The position numbers and the translations under genes are program-made. Shown here piece by piece: positions 1 through 10,373 of a stretch of 64,000 nt of DNA. The stretch covers positions 454 through 64,453 of the forward strand of contig BDTR01000025.1 of NCBI GenBank assembly GCA_002897775.1, in the 5' to 3' direction. Under the pieces are notes generated by a model, which was not told the origin of the DNA, ran no database searches, and worked only from the letters and a program-made list of their open reading frames with translations. Origin of the DNA: a bacterium BMS3Bbin08. GTDB lineage: Bacteria; Nitrospirota; Thermodesulfovibrionia; UBA6902; BMS3Bbin08. How positions within the stretch are numbered: the first letter of the stretch is position 1; each line of letters opens with the position of its first letter.

Positions 1-803
1 ACACAATATTGGCAGTGCTTTCGATCGTTTTTATGCTGTCCGCAGTGCCGGCTTATGCCCACAGGGGAAGCGATGTTGACATCAGTATCATCTCAGACAA
101 CGGCAAAGAGTTCCTTGCCATACCCTTCAGGGAACACCGAAAGGGCCGCACACACGTGGTAAAAAAGTACCTTGAAGCAGTAAAAGGGGATAATTACAGC
201 ATTGTAATAAGAAACAGAACATCTTACAGGATCGGGGTTGTGATAGCGGTTGACGGACGGAATATCATCTCCGGGAAAAAGTCTTATCTCAAGAGCAGTG
301 AGCGGATGTACATCGTGGGGCCGCACGGCCGGACCAGGCTGGAGGGCTGGAGAACCGACCTGGATACTGTACACAGGTTCTATTTCACTGACAAAGGGGA
401 TTCGTATTCCATAAGGACGTTCAACGATTCTTCGGCAATGGGGGTTATTACTGTTGCCGCGTTCAGGGAGAAGAAAAGACCGGAGATCCTCAGTGATGGA
501 TACACTTTCAAAGAGAGCAAGCGAAGGGCACCTGCCGCGCCATCTGCAGGCGAAAAATCCAGCAAATACGAAGAAGACACCGCGGGTACAGGGTTCGGCA
601 ACAGGAGACACTCGTCGGCAGTAAAGGTTGAATTTGAGCCTGAAAGAGACCCGTTCAAAAAATTGCTGGTAAAATACGAGTGGCATGACACACTGTGCGA
701 AAAAGGGATCCTTAAGTGCGTACGCGGCGAAAAGAACAGGCTTTGGGATGATGATGAATACGCGCCTTTTCCCCCCGGCTATTGGGAATACAAAGGCCAA
801 TAA
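1..803 (+). CDS. hypothetical secreted protein, 5' end probably outside the window
   Basis: ORF 9..803 stays open back to base 3. It begins inside a hydrophobic signal-like stretch (LSIVFMLSAVPAYA) with no charged n-region. No family recognised. Confidence 0.5.
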   Translation, partial: TILAVLSIVFMLSAVPAYAHRGSDVDISIISDNGKEFLAIPFREHRKGRTHVVKKYLEAVKGDNYSIVIRNRTSYRIGVVIAVDGRNIISGKKSYLKSSERMYIVGPHGRTRLEGWRTDLDTVHRFYFTDKGDSYSIRTFNDSSAMGVITVAAFREKKRPEILSDGYTFKESKRRAPAAPSAGEKSSKYEEDTAGTGFGNRRHSSAVKVEFEPERDPFKKLLVKYEWHDTLCEKGILKCVRGEKNRLWDDDEYAPFPPGYWEYKGQ

Positions 804-883
804 ACCCCTAACCCTGTTGAGTTCAGTCAGCCAACATTATCAGGCGCGGAACACGGGGGAAAGGCTGATTTGCCGTGGATACT

Positions 884-2380
884 CTAAGCCCTTCCATAAA
901 GCCTTGTCAGCCCGGCAAGCCTCTTGATAAGTGAAGCGGACAGACGTCCGGGCGCGAGCCGCCACTGCCAGTTACCTTTTTTGCTTGCCGGCAGGTTCAT
1001 TCTTGCCTTTTCTCCAAGGCCGAGGATGTCCTGCATGGGGATGATAACCATATCCGCGACAGACATCATGGCAAGCCTGACAAGGTCCATGTGAACCGTC
1101 TTGCCGGAGACCTCGCGTCCCAGATAAGCGGAAAGCCTTTTCCTGCCTGCAGGACCGAGCTCTTTTCTATACCACCCCTTGACGGTATTATTGTCATGTG
1201 TTCCGGTATAAACCAGGCAGTTTTTAATATGGTTATGAGGCGCGTATTGATGGTCGGACAGTCTCTCGCCAAAAGCAAATAGAAGAACTTTCATGCCGGG
1301 AAACCCGAACCTTTTCATGATCTCCCTTACATACGGGGTAATGTCACCAAGGTCCTCGGCAATAAGCGGGAGATGGCTGAAATGTTTTAACAACGTATTA
1401 AAAAAGTCCTCTGCGGGAGCACTGACCCACCTGCCGTTTCTTGCGGACCTTTCGCCTGCCCGGACCTCCCAGTACCCGACAAATCCCCTGAAATGGTCAA
1501 GTCTGAACATGTCAAAAAGTTTCATGTTATGCTCCAGGCGTTTTATCCACCAGAAAAAACGTGTCTTTTTCAATCTGTCCCACCTGTAAACCGGATGGCC
1601 CCAGAGCTGGCCCGTGGAACTGAAATAATCAGGCGGCACCCCAGCCACTGTCAATGGTCTTTTTCTTTTATCCAGATTAAATATTCCGGGGTTTGACCAC
1701 ACATCTGCGCTGTCATAATTGACATACATAGCCATATCACCTATCAAATGAATATTTTTCTTCTCACAATAGCTCTTTAGAGAAAACCACTGTCTGAAGA
1801 AAATATACTGGAGGAATTTTGCCATTAATATCTCTTCTTTAAGTTTTTCCCGCCACTGATTTACTGCGCCCTTTTTTCTGTCCCTAATATCCGCCGGCCA
1901 ATGACCCCAGTCAGCACTGAACCTGCCTTTTAAGGAAATAAACAGCGAGTAATCATCAAGCCAGCAAGAGTTTTCCCTGCAAAACCTCTGAAATTCGTGG
2001 TCGTGCTCAAGGCCTGTCCTGTTCTTTTTAAAGGCCTCATTGAAAATACTGTTCTTAAATACGGTAACCGTTCTGTAATTGACACGGCCGGCTGGAAACG
2101 CTGGAACGCGCTTAATGTCATGTTTGGAGAGGATGCCGTCCTTCACCATCATGTCAGGACTTATCATAAGAGGATTGCCGGCATAGGCTGAGTAACTGCT
2201 ATAGGGAGAGTTGCCGAAAACCTGGCACGTCACGTTCAGGGGAAGTATCTGCCAGAAACGCTGATGTGTCTCTGAAAGGAAATCTGCAAAACCGTAAGCG
2301 CCCGGCCCAAGGTCCCCTATGCCGTACGCTGACGGAAGGGATGTTATATGAAGGAGTATTCCGCTTCCCCTTGTCTCCAT
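884..2380 (-). CDS. malQ: 4-alpha-glucanotransferase (amylomaltase, GH77)
   Basis: 498 aa. N-terminus RGSGILLHITSLPSAYGIGDLG and the length are typical of MalQ. SD-like aagaggtg lies just upstream. Confidence 0.9.
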   Translation of the reverse strand: METRGSGILLHITSLPSAYGIGDLGPGAYGFADFLSETHQRFWQILPLNVTCQVFGNSPYSSYSAYAGNPLMISPDMMVKDGILSKHDIKRVPAFPAGRVNYRTVTVFKNSIFNEAFKKNRTGLEHDHEFQRFCRENSCWLDDYSLFISLKGRFSADWGHWPADIRDRKKGAVNQWREKLKEEILMAKFLQYIFFRQWFSLKSYCEKKNIHLIGDMAMYVNYDSADVWSNPGIFNLDKRKRPLTVAGVPPDYFSSTGQLWGHPVYRWDRLKKTRFFWWIKRLEHNMKLFDMFRLDHFRGFVGYWEVRAGERSARNGRWVSAPAEDFFNTLLKHFSHLPLIAEDLGDITPYVREIMKRFGFPGMKVLLFAFGERLSDHQYAPHNHIKNCLVYTGTHDNNTVKGWYRKELGPAGRKRLSAYLGREVSGKTVHMDLVRLAMMSVADMVIIPMQDILGLGEKARMNLPASKKGNWQWRLAPGRLSASLIKRLAGLTRLYGRA

Positions 2381-2392
2381 TTCACCTCTTCA

Positions 2393-2420
2393 TTGTTAAA
2401 TGTTAATTGATAATTTTTAT
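2393..2420. repeat. 7-nt periodic tandem array (TTGTTAA ATGTTAA TTGATAA TTTTTAT)
   Basis: Read directly. Four head-to-tail units start 12 nt upstream of the malQ ATG (2380). Confidence 0.6.
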
Positions 2421-2461
2421 TTACGTCCTTGATTCCTCTATTCCCTCTGCGAATAGCAGGA

Positions 2462-4879
2462 CTAAATCTTTACGTTCATGCATTCACCCAGCCTGGGTAT
2501 AATTTCCGTCCCTTTTTCAGCTTCCCTGTCTCCCTTTGCCGCCCTGGTTTTCATCGTCCTGAAAAGATCTCTTCCGACCGAGAAGAAAACGTTCTGGGCT
2601 TTCCAGATATCAGGATACAGGGAAAGAGGTTTTAATGTGTCCATCACCCTGCAGATCGTTTCAAAAGGCTGTAAGTCCACTGCATTCTCATTAAGACCTT
2701 CCATAATGGAGTTGATCCATTTACCCACGACAAATTCAACCGTTGTTGTATCGACCCTGACAGACCACCTTTCCGCCTCATCTATCAGCTTAATCAGTCT
2801 TTCAAGGTCCGTACCATTCTCAAAGACTCTTTTCAGGTCAGTATTAAGCACATATTCAACTGCCGAGGCGAAAGGCCTTGGAAGCCTCAGCCCCAGGCTG
2901 TGAAAGTAATTCATTATAGTGTAGTTGTTCTCATATGTCTGGCGGTAAGAGGTTTCAATGTCCTCATAGGTCAACTGGAGTATCTGATTCAGGATCTTTA
3001 TCTGCTCGTCCTTGAACAAATGCCACAGGGAATATATATTACCGTCAAAGTGCTTGTCCATCAGCCTTATTACTTCCGGGATATCGCCTTTTTCAAATGC
3101 CTCCTTTACCTCGCTCTCCATGATCGAAAAATCCCCGTCAGTTGTAAATTCCCTGACCCCGGCATTTATATTGTGGTCGCCAAGATGCAGTACCGCGAAC
3201 ATGATGGTCTTTTTATCCCATGTTATGTCCGAGGCAATATCTGATTTGCCTGTAGCAAGTTTCAGTTTCCCGGCCTCTATTTTATTGTAAACCCTGCTCT
3301 TTTCAGTGTAGCAGCATATTTTTATGTCTTCAGCGTACTCTTCAAAGATCGAGGATATGCAGTAATGGGCTCCTACCCTGATAAGGCCACCTGCCCGTTT
3401 TACAAACATCTCATAGGGGATCGCCGCGTTCTCAAAAATATTACTGGGTGCTTTCTGAAGGTATTGCAGATATTCTGACTCAAGAGACAGCCCCGTCAGC
3501 TCTTCCGCATATTGAATTGCCTTTGACGCATACCTCATCACCTGAACCGCCTCAGTACCTGATACTTCATCAAAGAACCAGCCGCAGCTCGTATACATCA
3601 GCATGGCGTTTCTCTGCATTTCAAGAAGCCTCAGGACCCTTACCTTTTCCTCTTGTGAGAGGGCCTTGTCAGAGCGTCTTTTAAAAAAGGTCTGCACATT
3701 ATTACGCGACCTGTCCAGTACAACTCCGATATAATCATTTCTTAATTCCCATGGGTCATTAAAATGTTTCAAGACCCTGTCATCCTCAAATATATGGATA
3801 AGCTGATTCCTCAACCAGTCCATGGCGTTCCTCAGCGGTCCTCTCCATGCCTGGTTCCAGCCCTGATGCATACCGGTGTTACACCCGCAGTTATCCCTCC
3901 ACCTTTCAACACCGTGTACACAACTCCACGACGAATTCTCAAAAATCTCAACTATGTGGTCCGGGGGGTGCTTTTCAAGATACTCGCCGTAATTCGTTAT
4001 TTTTGCCAGGTTGTTCGATTCTATGTGATGCAGGCAATACGACAATGCCATATCGCCGAACCTGTGATGGTGGCCAAAGGTCTCTCCATCAGTCGCGATA
4101 TTAACGATCTGGGGCCAGTCCCTGTGTTCATTAAACGCGGAAATTAATTTATTGGCAAAGGCCTCTCCACTTTTCAGTAATTCACTGAACGCGATCGCCT
4201 GCGATACAGGGCCGTCATAGAAAAAAAAGCTTATTGTCCTTCCTGACGGAAGGGAACACTGATAAGCCATTGTCGGATCTACTTTCTCTCCGCTGACGTC
4301 CCGCCAGTTCCCTTCTTCTTCTATCCTGCATATTCTTTTTGCCTGCCTGGGCGAAAGAACGGTAAACTTGATCCCATGGTCCACAAGTGTCTCAAGGGTC
4401 TCTATGTCGACAGCGGTTTCCGGAAGCCACATTCCCTCAGGCAATCTGTTGAACCTCTTTTCAAAGTCCTTTATCCCCCATATTGTCTGTGTGTACTTGT
4501 CCCTTTTATTAGCCAGGGGCATTATCATATGGTTATACGCCTGTGCCATTGCGGACCCATGGCCTGAGAATCTCTTCATGCTTAGTCTGTCCGCTTCAAG
4601 AATCGCCTCGTAGATGTCGGGTTTGTGTCTATCAAGCCATGATAAAAGGGTAGGACCGAAATCAAAACTTATCTTCGAATAGATATTTGTTATATCAACG
4701 ATTCTTCCTTCTTTGTTAAGGATGCGGGAAGCCGCGTTCGGGGCGTAACACTCTGCGGTTATTTTTTCATTCCAGTCATGATAGGGATATGCCTCTTCCT
4801 GAAGTTCGATCTCTTCAAGCCAGGGGTTTTCCCTTGGCGGCTGATAAAAATGTCCATGAACGCAAATATATCTATCCAT
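2462..4879 (-). CDS. glycoside hydrolase family 57 protein (alpha-amylase/branching-enzyme-like) with long C-terminal extension
   Basis: 805 aa. N-terminus YICVHGHFYQPPRENPW is the GH57 signature start. Sits between malQ and glgB. Confidence 0.85.
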   Translation of the reverse strand: MDRYICVHGHFYQPPRENPWLEEIELQEEAYPYHDWNEKITAECYAPNAASRILNKEGRIVDITNIYSKISFDFGPTLLSWLDRHKPDIYEAILEADRLSMKRFSGHGSAMAQAYNHMIMPLANKRDKYTQTIWGIKDFEKRFNRLPEGMWLPETAVDIETLETLVDHGIKFTVLSPRQAKRICRIEEEGNWRDVSGEKVDPTMAYQCSLPSGRTISFFFYDGPVSQAIAFSELLKSGEAFANKLISAFNEHRDWPQIVNIATDGETFGHHHRFGDMALSYCLHHIESNNLAKITNYGEYLEKHPPDHIVEIFENSSWSCVHGVERWRDNCGCNTGMHQGWNQAWRGPLRNAMDWLRNQLIHIFEDDRVLKHFNDPWELRNDYIGVVLDRSRNNVQTFFKRRSDKALSQEEKVRVLRLLEMQRNAMLMYTSCGWFFDEVSGTEAVQVMRYASKAIQYAEELTGLSLESEYLQYLQKAPSNIFENAAIPYEMFVKRAGGLIRVGAHYCISSIFEEYAEDIKICCYTEKSRVYNKIEAGKLKLATGKSDIASDITWDKKTIMFAVLHLGDHNINAGVREFTTDGDFSIMESEVKEAFEKGDIPEVIRLMDKHFDGNIYSLWHLFKDEQIKILNQILQLTYEDIETSYRQTYENNYTIMNYFHSLGLRLPRPFASAVEYVLNTDLKRVFENGTDLERLIKLIDEAERWSVRVDTTTVEFVVGKWINSIMEGLNENAVDLQPFETICRVMDTLKPLSLYPDIWKAQNVFFSVGRDLFRTMKTRAAKGDREAEKGTEIIPRLGECMNVKI

Positions 4880-4997
4880 AGTTTTGCAAATATTCGTTTA
4901 ACCCGTTAATTGCAGCATAAAACTGTTATGGTTATCTTGATCCACAAGAATTTAAATCCGGGACCGAACTTCGGACCAACTAAACATACGCGATGCT

Positions 4998-6923
4998 TCA
5001 GCTTTTAAAAAACAAAACGCTTAACGGGGGCAAAGTCAGAGATATTGAGTGGTCCCTTCCCTGCACAGGCATCGCGACCGCTTCAGCGCCTCCGGAATTC
5101 CCGAGGTTGCTTCCTCCATAAGCCTCCGCGTCACTGTTCAGGAGTTCTTTCCAGAAACCCGCATGAGGCACCCCTACCATGTAGCCGTGTCTCGGGACAG
5201 GAGTCAGATTGCATACAACCAGAATTGTTTCTCCGGAGTGCTTACTCTTTCTGATAAAACTTATGATACTTTGCTCCCAGTCATGAGAATCGATCCACTC
5301 AAAACCATCCGCCGAGAAATCCAGTTCATGCAGGGCCGGCTCTGTCCTGTAAAGATAATTCAGGTCTTTCAGCCATTTTCGCAGTCCGATGTGTATCGGA
5401 TACTGGAGACCGTGCCATTCCAGGCTTTCATCATGGTTCCACTCCTTCCACTGGCCAAACTCCCCTCCCATAAAAAGCAGTTTTTTGCCGGGATGACCGT
5501 ACATACATCCAAACAGCGCTCTGAGGTTCGCGTACCTTTGCCATTCGTCTCCGGGCATTTTTCCAACAAGCGACCCTTTCCCATGTACAACCTCGTCATG
5601 GGAAAGTGGAAGGAGAAAGTTTTCCGTGAACGCGTACCATATACTGAATGTAAGCTGGTTGTGGTGGTATTTCCGATGGACCGGGTCCTCCGAGAAGTAT
5701 TTCAGTGTATCGTGCATCCATCCCATGTTCCACTTCATGCCGAAACCCAGGCCTCCGACATGGACGGGCCTTGAAACCATAGGCCACGTAGTGGATTCTT
5801 CAGCAATGGTCTGAACATCAGGATACGCGCTGTAAACAGCTTCGTTCAGTTTCTTTAGCAAAGAAATAGCATCCAGGTCCTCGTTCCCGCCGTATATATT
5901 TGGTATCCATTCCCCTTCTTTCCTGGCATAGTCAAGATACAGCATTGATGCCACGGCATCCACCCTGATGCCGTCGATATGGTATTTATCCAGCCAGTAA
6001 AGGGCATTGCTTATAAGAAAATTTCTGACCTCGTTCCTGCTGTAGTTAAAAATATAACTGCTCCATTCAGGATGAAAACCCTTTTTCGGGTCAGCGTGCT
6101 CGTAAAGATAAGAACCGTCAAAAAAGGAAAGGCCGTGTTGGTCAGACGGAAAATGCGACGGCACCCAGTCAAGTATCACGCCTATTCCGTTTTTGTGAAG
6201 ATGGTCAATAAGATACATAAAATCCTGGGGTGTGCCGTACCTGCTGGACGGCGCGAAATACCCTGTGATCTGGTATCCCCATGAGCCATAGAACGGGTGC
6301 TCCATAACAGGCAGCAGTTCAACATGCGTAAAGCCCATATCCTTTACATAATCCGCGAGATGATGAGCCATTTCCCTGTAGTTAAGGCGCCTGTCCCCTT
6401 CTTCAGGGACCCGTCTCCATGAGCCGAGATGAACCTCGTATATTGAATACGGGGCATCTAGTGAATTAACTTTATACCTGTTCGCCATCCATTCATCGTC
6501 CTGCCACTGATAACCGAGTTCCCACACCACGGAAGCTGTTTTTGGAGACTGCTCCCAGTAATAAGCGAACGGGTCTCCCTTGTCAACCCTGTAGCTGTTA
6601 TATCTGGAGACTATGTGATACTTGTAAATATCCCCTTTTTGAATTCCCGGGATAAAGCCTTCCCATATGCCGGAGCCGTCCCACCTGACACTAAGGGGAT
6701 GTGATCCGCGGTTCCAGCCGTTAAAATCCCCGATCAAAAAAACCTTTTCCGCGTTCGGCGCCCACAAGGCAAAATAGGTCCCTTTTACGCCTCCGACCGT
6801 CATCAGGTGAGAGCCAAGTTTATTGTATAGCCTGAAATGGCTCCCTTCCCTGAAAAGGTAGATGTCGTGCTCAGTAAAAAGACTTGCACTTTGTCCTGTC
6901 ATAACTGCCTTGTCTTCTATCAT
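4998..6923 (-). CDS. glgB: 1,4-alpha-glucan branching enzyme (GH13)
   Basis: 641 aa. Motifs [37 protein letters not shown] and overall GlgB architecture. Confidence 0.95.
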   Translation of the reverse strand: MIEDKAVMTGQSASLFTEHDIYLFREGSHFRLYNKLGSHLMTVGGVKGTYFALWAPNAEKVFLIGDFNGWNRGSHPLSVRWDGSGIWEGFIPGIQKGDIYKYHIVSRYNSYRVDKGDPFAYYWEQSPKTASVVWELGYQWQDDEWMANRYKVNSLDAPYSIYEVHLGSWRRVPEEGDRRLNYREMAHHLADYVKDMGFTHVELLPVMEHPFYGSWGYQITGYFAPSSRYGTPQDFMYLIDHLHKNGIGVILDWVPSHFPSDQHGLSFFDGSYLYEHADPKKGFHPEWSSYIFNYSRNEVRNFLISNALYWLDKYHIDGIRVDAVASMLYLDYARKEGEWIPNIYGGNEDLDAISLLKKLNEAVYSAYPDVQTIAEESTTWPMVSRPVHVGGLGFGMKWNMGWMHDTLKYFSEDPVHRKYHHNQLTFSIWYAFTENFLLPLSHDEVVHGKGSLVGKMPGDEWQRYANLRALFGCMYGHPGKKLLFMGGEFGQWKEWNHDESLEWHGLQYPIHIGLRKWLKDLNYLYRTEPALHELDFSADGFEWIDSHDWEQSIISFIRKSKHSGETILVVCNLTPVPRHGYMVGVPHAGFWKELLNSDAEAYGGSNLGNSGGAEAVAMPVQGRDHSISLTLPPLSVLFFKS

Positions 6924-7086
6924 ATTTTCATAAAACTCTGAAACTAAAAGATTATCAGTCTGATAAAGAAACAGATTATATTATATCTTAAATCCATAAT
7001 TAAATACCCCTGGACCCATCAGTTACGGGCGGCAGATGTTTCCTCCCGCGAGAAGACTTGATCGGAATTTCCCTCTCAGGGCCGAT

Positions 7087-7123
7087 CCCCGTGAGAAAGT
7101 TCGATACTTTCTTTCTCACGGGG
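7087..7123. repeat. 13-bp-stem GC-rich hairpin (ccccgtgagaaag / ctttctcacgggg) followed by gtaaaa
   Basis: Perfect inverted repeat 7087-7099 / 7111-7123 in the 388-nt divergent glgB-gatA spacer. Shares the word ACGGGGTAAA with the palindrome at 32187-32228. Confidence 0.5.
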
Positions 7124-7311
7124 TAAAATAGTACAATGAATAGCTCTCAACGGGAGCGGATCTTATTAAGAAGTTAACTCCTTACATTGGTATTTACGAA
7201 GTGAATACAAAAATGTCACGACTACGACTATGAACTATCAACCCCGCAGTTTCAGGTTCGCCCTTTCAAGAAGAACCTTGCGGGGAGCTATGAACTTTAT
7301 CTGGAGAGAAA

Positions 7312-8766
7312 TTGGCACTTCATAAATTAACCATCAGTGAAGCGAGCGCGGCAATCGAAAAAGGCGAAATAAGCCCTGTTGAGCTCGCTAACGCGTTATT
7401 CGACCGGATAGACGCTGTTGAAAAGAAAATAGGCGCTTATGTGACCATTACCATGGAGCATGCGATCGGTCAGGCAAAAGAGGCCGGAAACCGGGTCAGG
7501 AACGGCGAAAAAGGAAAGCTCCTGGGCATCCCGATGGCAATAAAGGACAACATGTGCACCGAAGGCATTAAGACCACCTGTTCGTCGAACATACTCGGGA
7601 ACTTCATCCCTCCGTATGAGAGCACAGTGACGCAGGAATTAAAAGAGCGCGGTTACGTCCTTACAGGGAAGACCAACCTGGATGAGTTTGCAATGGGTTC
7701 GTCCACGGAAAACTCAGCCTTTGGATATACAAAAAACCCGTGGGATACAGCACGGGTACCGGGCGGCTCAAGCGGCGGTTCAGCCGCTGCCGTCGCAGCT
7801 GATGAATGCATTGCGGCTATCGGGTCTGATACAGGCGGCTCAATAAGACAGCCTGCATCGTTTTGCGGGGTCGTGGGGATGAAACCAACATACGGAAGGG
7901 TCTCGCGTTACGGCCTTGTCGCCTTTGCCTCATCCCTTGACCAGATAGGGCCTATTACAAAAACCGTGGAAGACTCGGCGATCCTCATGAACATCATTTC
8001 AGGAAACGACCCGTACGACTCCACTTCGGCCCCTGCAGCAATTCCTGATTTCACCTCAGTGCTGGGGAAGGAGATAAAAGGGCTCAAGATAGGAATTCCA
8101 AAAGAATATTTTATTGAGGGTATTGACGCGGAGGTGGGAGAACATGTTAAAAACGCTGTAAAACAGCTGGAATCACTCGGTGCGGTCCCGGTTGACATAT
8201 CACTTCCTCATACAGGTTATGCTGTTGCAACCTATTATATTCTGGCTACCTCAGAGGCTTCATCCAACCTTGCCAGGTATGACGGGGTCAAGTACGGTTT
8301 CAGGGCTGAGGGTAAAGACCTGCTGGACACTTATATGAAAACAAGGGCAAAGGGATTTGGCGACGAGGTAAAGAGAAGAATAATATTAGGCACATATGCC
8401 CTGTCCTCCGGATATTATGACGCATATTACAAAAAGGCCCAGCAGGTAAGGACATTGATAAAGCAGGACTTTGAAAAAGCCTTTGAAACCGTCGATGTCA
8501 TTGTCACTCCGACCGCTCCTACGCCTGCCTTCAGGGCCGGGGAAAAAACAGCCGACCCCCTGCAGATGTATTTATCCGACATCCTGACGATATCCGTAAA
8601 CCTGGCCGGCATGCCGGCCATATCAATACCATGCGGTTTCACTTCCGGCAGTCTGCCCGTCGGACTTCAGATAGTCGGGAAACATTTCGATGAAGAGGCC
8701 GTATTTAAGACCGCGTATGCCTATGAGCAGTCCACTGACTGGCACAAAAGAAAACCAAAGCTATAA
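7312..8766 (+). CDS. gatA: Asp-tRNA(Asn)/Glu-tRNA(Gln) amidotransferase subunit A
   Basis: 484 aa. Amidase signature [12 protein letters not shown] and full-length GatA-like sequence. TTG start as in the ORF track. Confidence 0.95.
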   Translation: MALHKLTISEASAAIEKGEISPVELANALFDRIDAVEKKIGAYVTITMEHAIGQAKEAGNRVRNGEKGKLLGIPMAIKDNMCTEGIKTTCSSNILGNFIPPYESTVTQELKERGYVLTGKTNLDEFAMGSSTENSAFGYTKNPWDTARVPGGSSGGSAAAVAADECIAAIGSDTGGSIRQPASFCGVVGMKPTYGRVSRYGLVAFASSLDQIGPITKTVEDSAILMNIISGNDPYDSTSAPAAIPDFTSVLGKEIKGLKIGIPKEYFIEGIDAEVGEHVKNAVKQLESLGAVPVDISLPHTGYAVATYYILATSEASSNLARYDGVKYGFRAEGKDLLDTYMKTRAKGFGDEVKRRIILGTYALSSGYYDAYYKKAQQVRTLIKQDFEKAFETVDVIVTPTAPTPAFRAGEKTADPLQMYLSDILTISVNLAGMPAISIPCGFTSGSLPVGLQIVGKHFDEEAVFKTAYAYEQSTDWHKRKPKL

Positions 8767-8881
8767 ATTAATAATGACGCCGTTATCAGGAGCGACAGCG
8801 ATAGACTGTCACTCCCATTCTCAGTTCCACATATTGTCTACCTTGCTGCATACCGATATGCAGGGAAAAGGAAATTAACTA

Positions 8882-10372
8882 ATGCAATACGAAACCGTGA
8901 TCGGCCTTGAGGTCCATGCCCAGCTACTGACAGGGACAAAAATGTTCTGCGGCTGCTCCACCAGGTTCGGTTCAGGGCCCAATACTCAGACCTGTCCCAT
9001 ATGTATTGGAATGCCCGGCGTCCTGCCGGTAATGAACAAAAAAGCCGTTGAATACGTGATAAGAACAGGCATTGCCGTGGACTGCAGGATCTCTTCATAC
9101 AGCAGGTTCGCCAGAAAGAACTATTTTTACCCTGACCTTCCCAAAGGCTATCAAATAAGCCAGTACGAGCTTCCCTTATGCGAGGGAGGCTTTGTTGAGA
9201 TCCCGGACAGCGGAAGCACAAAAAAAATAGGGCTTACAAGGATCCACCTGGAGGAAGACGCCGGCAAGAACATACACGGCGGCGCTAACCTGAGCTTTGT
9301 CGATCTGAACCGTACAGGTGTTCCGCTTATGGAGATCGTTAGCGAGCCTGATATCCGGACCCCTAAACAGGCCATGGAGTTCATGAAAAAAATAAGGACC
9401 ATCCTCCGTTATATCAATGTCTGCGACGGCAATATGGAACAGGGATCACTGAGGTGCGACGCAAATGTGTCTGTCAGACCTGTTGGACAGCGGGAATTCG
9501 GCACAAAAACTGAAATGAAGAACATGAACTCCTTCAAGTTCGTTGAAAAAGCCCTTGATTATGAGATCAAACGTCAGATAAAGATGCTTGCGGACGGCGG
9601 GAAGATCGTGCAGGAGACAAGGCTCTGGAACGCTGAAAGAGGGATCACTGAATCAATGCGTTCAAAAGAAGAGGCCCATGACTACAGATATTTTCCCGAG
9701 CCCGACCTTGCCCCTGTAGAAGTTGAAGCCTCATGGATAGAGAAAATAAAAGCTGATATAAATGAACTCCAGGACGTTAAAAAAGCGCGCTTCATCAGTC
9801 AGTTCGGCCTGCCTGAACACGACGCCGAACTGCTTACATCTGAAAGGTCTGTAGCAGAATGGTTTGAACAGGCGGTCAGCCTGGGCGGGAATCCTAAAAA
9901 CGTCAGCAACTGGATGATGGGTGATTTAATGAGACTGTTAAATGAAGAAAACATCCCCATACAGAATTGCCCTCTAAAACCGGCCCATCTGGTAGATCTA
10001 TTGAAGCTAATAGAGGACGGAACCATTAACAGAAATCAGGCAAAATCAGTTTTTGTGGAAATATATAAGCGAGGCAAAGTGATACAAGCCGCTAAAGGTA
10101 AAATGAATCTTCCCGCCCTGAAGATAGAAGTTTATTCAGAAGTAAAAGTTATAGATATAGTTAAGGAAAAGGGCCTTGCACAGATAAGCGATGAATCAGA
10201 AATCGAGGCGGCCATAAATGATATACTTGAGAAGAACCCCGGTGAAGTGGAAAGGTTTAAGGCCGGGGAAGCAAAACTGATGGGCTTTTTTGTGGGACAG
10301 GCCATGAAGGCGACCAAAGGCAAGGCAAACCCGAAGATCGTAAATGAACTGTTAAGAAAGAAACTTGGCTGA
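8882..10372 (+). CDS. gatB: Asp-tRNA(Asn)/Glu-tRNA(Gln) amidotransferase subunit B
   Basis: 496 aa. N-terminus YETVIGLEVHAQL..KMFCGC and a GatB/YqeY-type C-terminal domain. Confidence 0.95.
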   Translation: MQYETVIGLEVHAQLLTGTKMFCGCSTRFGSGPNTQTCPICIGMPGVLPVMNKKAVEYVIRTGIAVDCRISSYSRFARKNYFYPDLPKGYQISQYELPLCEGGFVEIPDSGSTKKIGLTRIHLEEDAGKNIHGGANLSFVDLNRTGVPLMEIVSEPDIRTPKQAMEFMKKIRTILRYINVCDGNMEQGSLRCDANVSVRPVGQREFGTKTEMKNMNSFKFVEKALDYEIKRQIKMLADGGKIVQETRLWNAERGITESMRSKEEAHDYRYFPEPDLAPVEVEASWIEKIKADINELQDVKKARFISQFGLPEHDAELLTSERSVAEWFEQAVSLGGNPKNVSNWMMGDLMRLLNEENIPIQNCPLKPAHLVDLLKLIEDGTINRNQAKSVFVEIYKRGKVIQAAKGKMNLPALKIEVYSEVKVIDIVKEKGLAQISDESEIEAAINDILEKNPGEVERFKAGEAKLMGFFVGQAMKATKGKANPKIVNELLRKKLG

Positions 10373-10373
10373 G

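Noticed and set aside
93-800. 235-aa minus-strand ORF fully overlapping the 9-803 plus-strand ORF. Similar long antisense or alternative-frame ORFs occur at 5049-5774, 13448-13954, 16997-17575, 38908-39324, 40833-41336 and 60506-60997.
   Set aside because: They lie entirely inside, or antisense to, ORFs with clear family signatures. Their products are low-complexity or Arg/Ser/Pro-rich with no recognisable motifs. They are typical shadow ORFs.
6924-7311. A missed gatC gene or a tRNA/tmRNA/RNase P/SRP gene in the long spacers (also 37911-38225, 53807-53991, 60076-60342).
   Set aside because: No ~95-codon ORF is present. No cloverleaf T-arm (GGTTCGAATCC-like) or other conserved RNA cores were recognisable. 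GGGGCTGAG at 43411 does not continue like a tmRNA 5' end.
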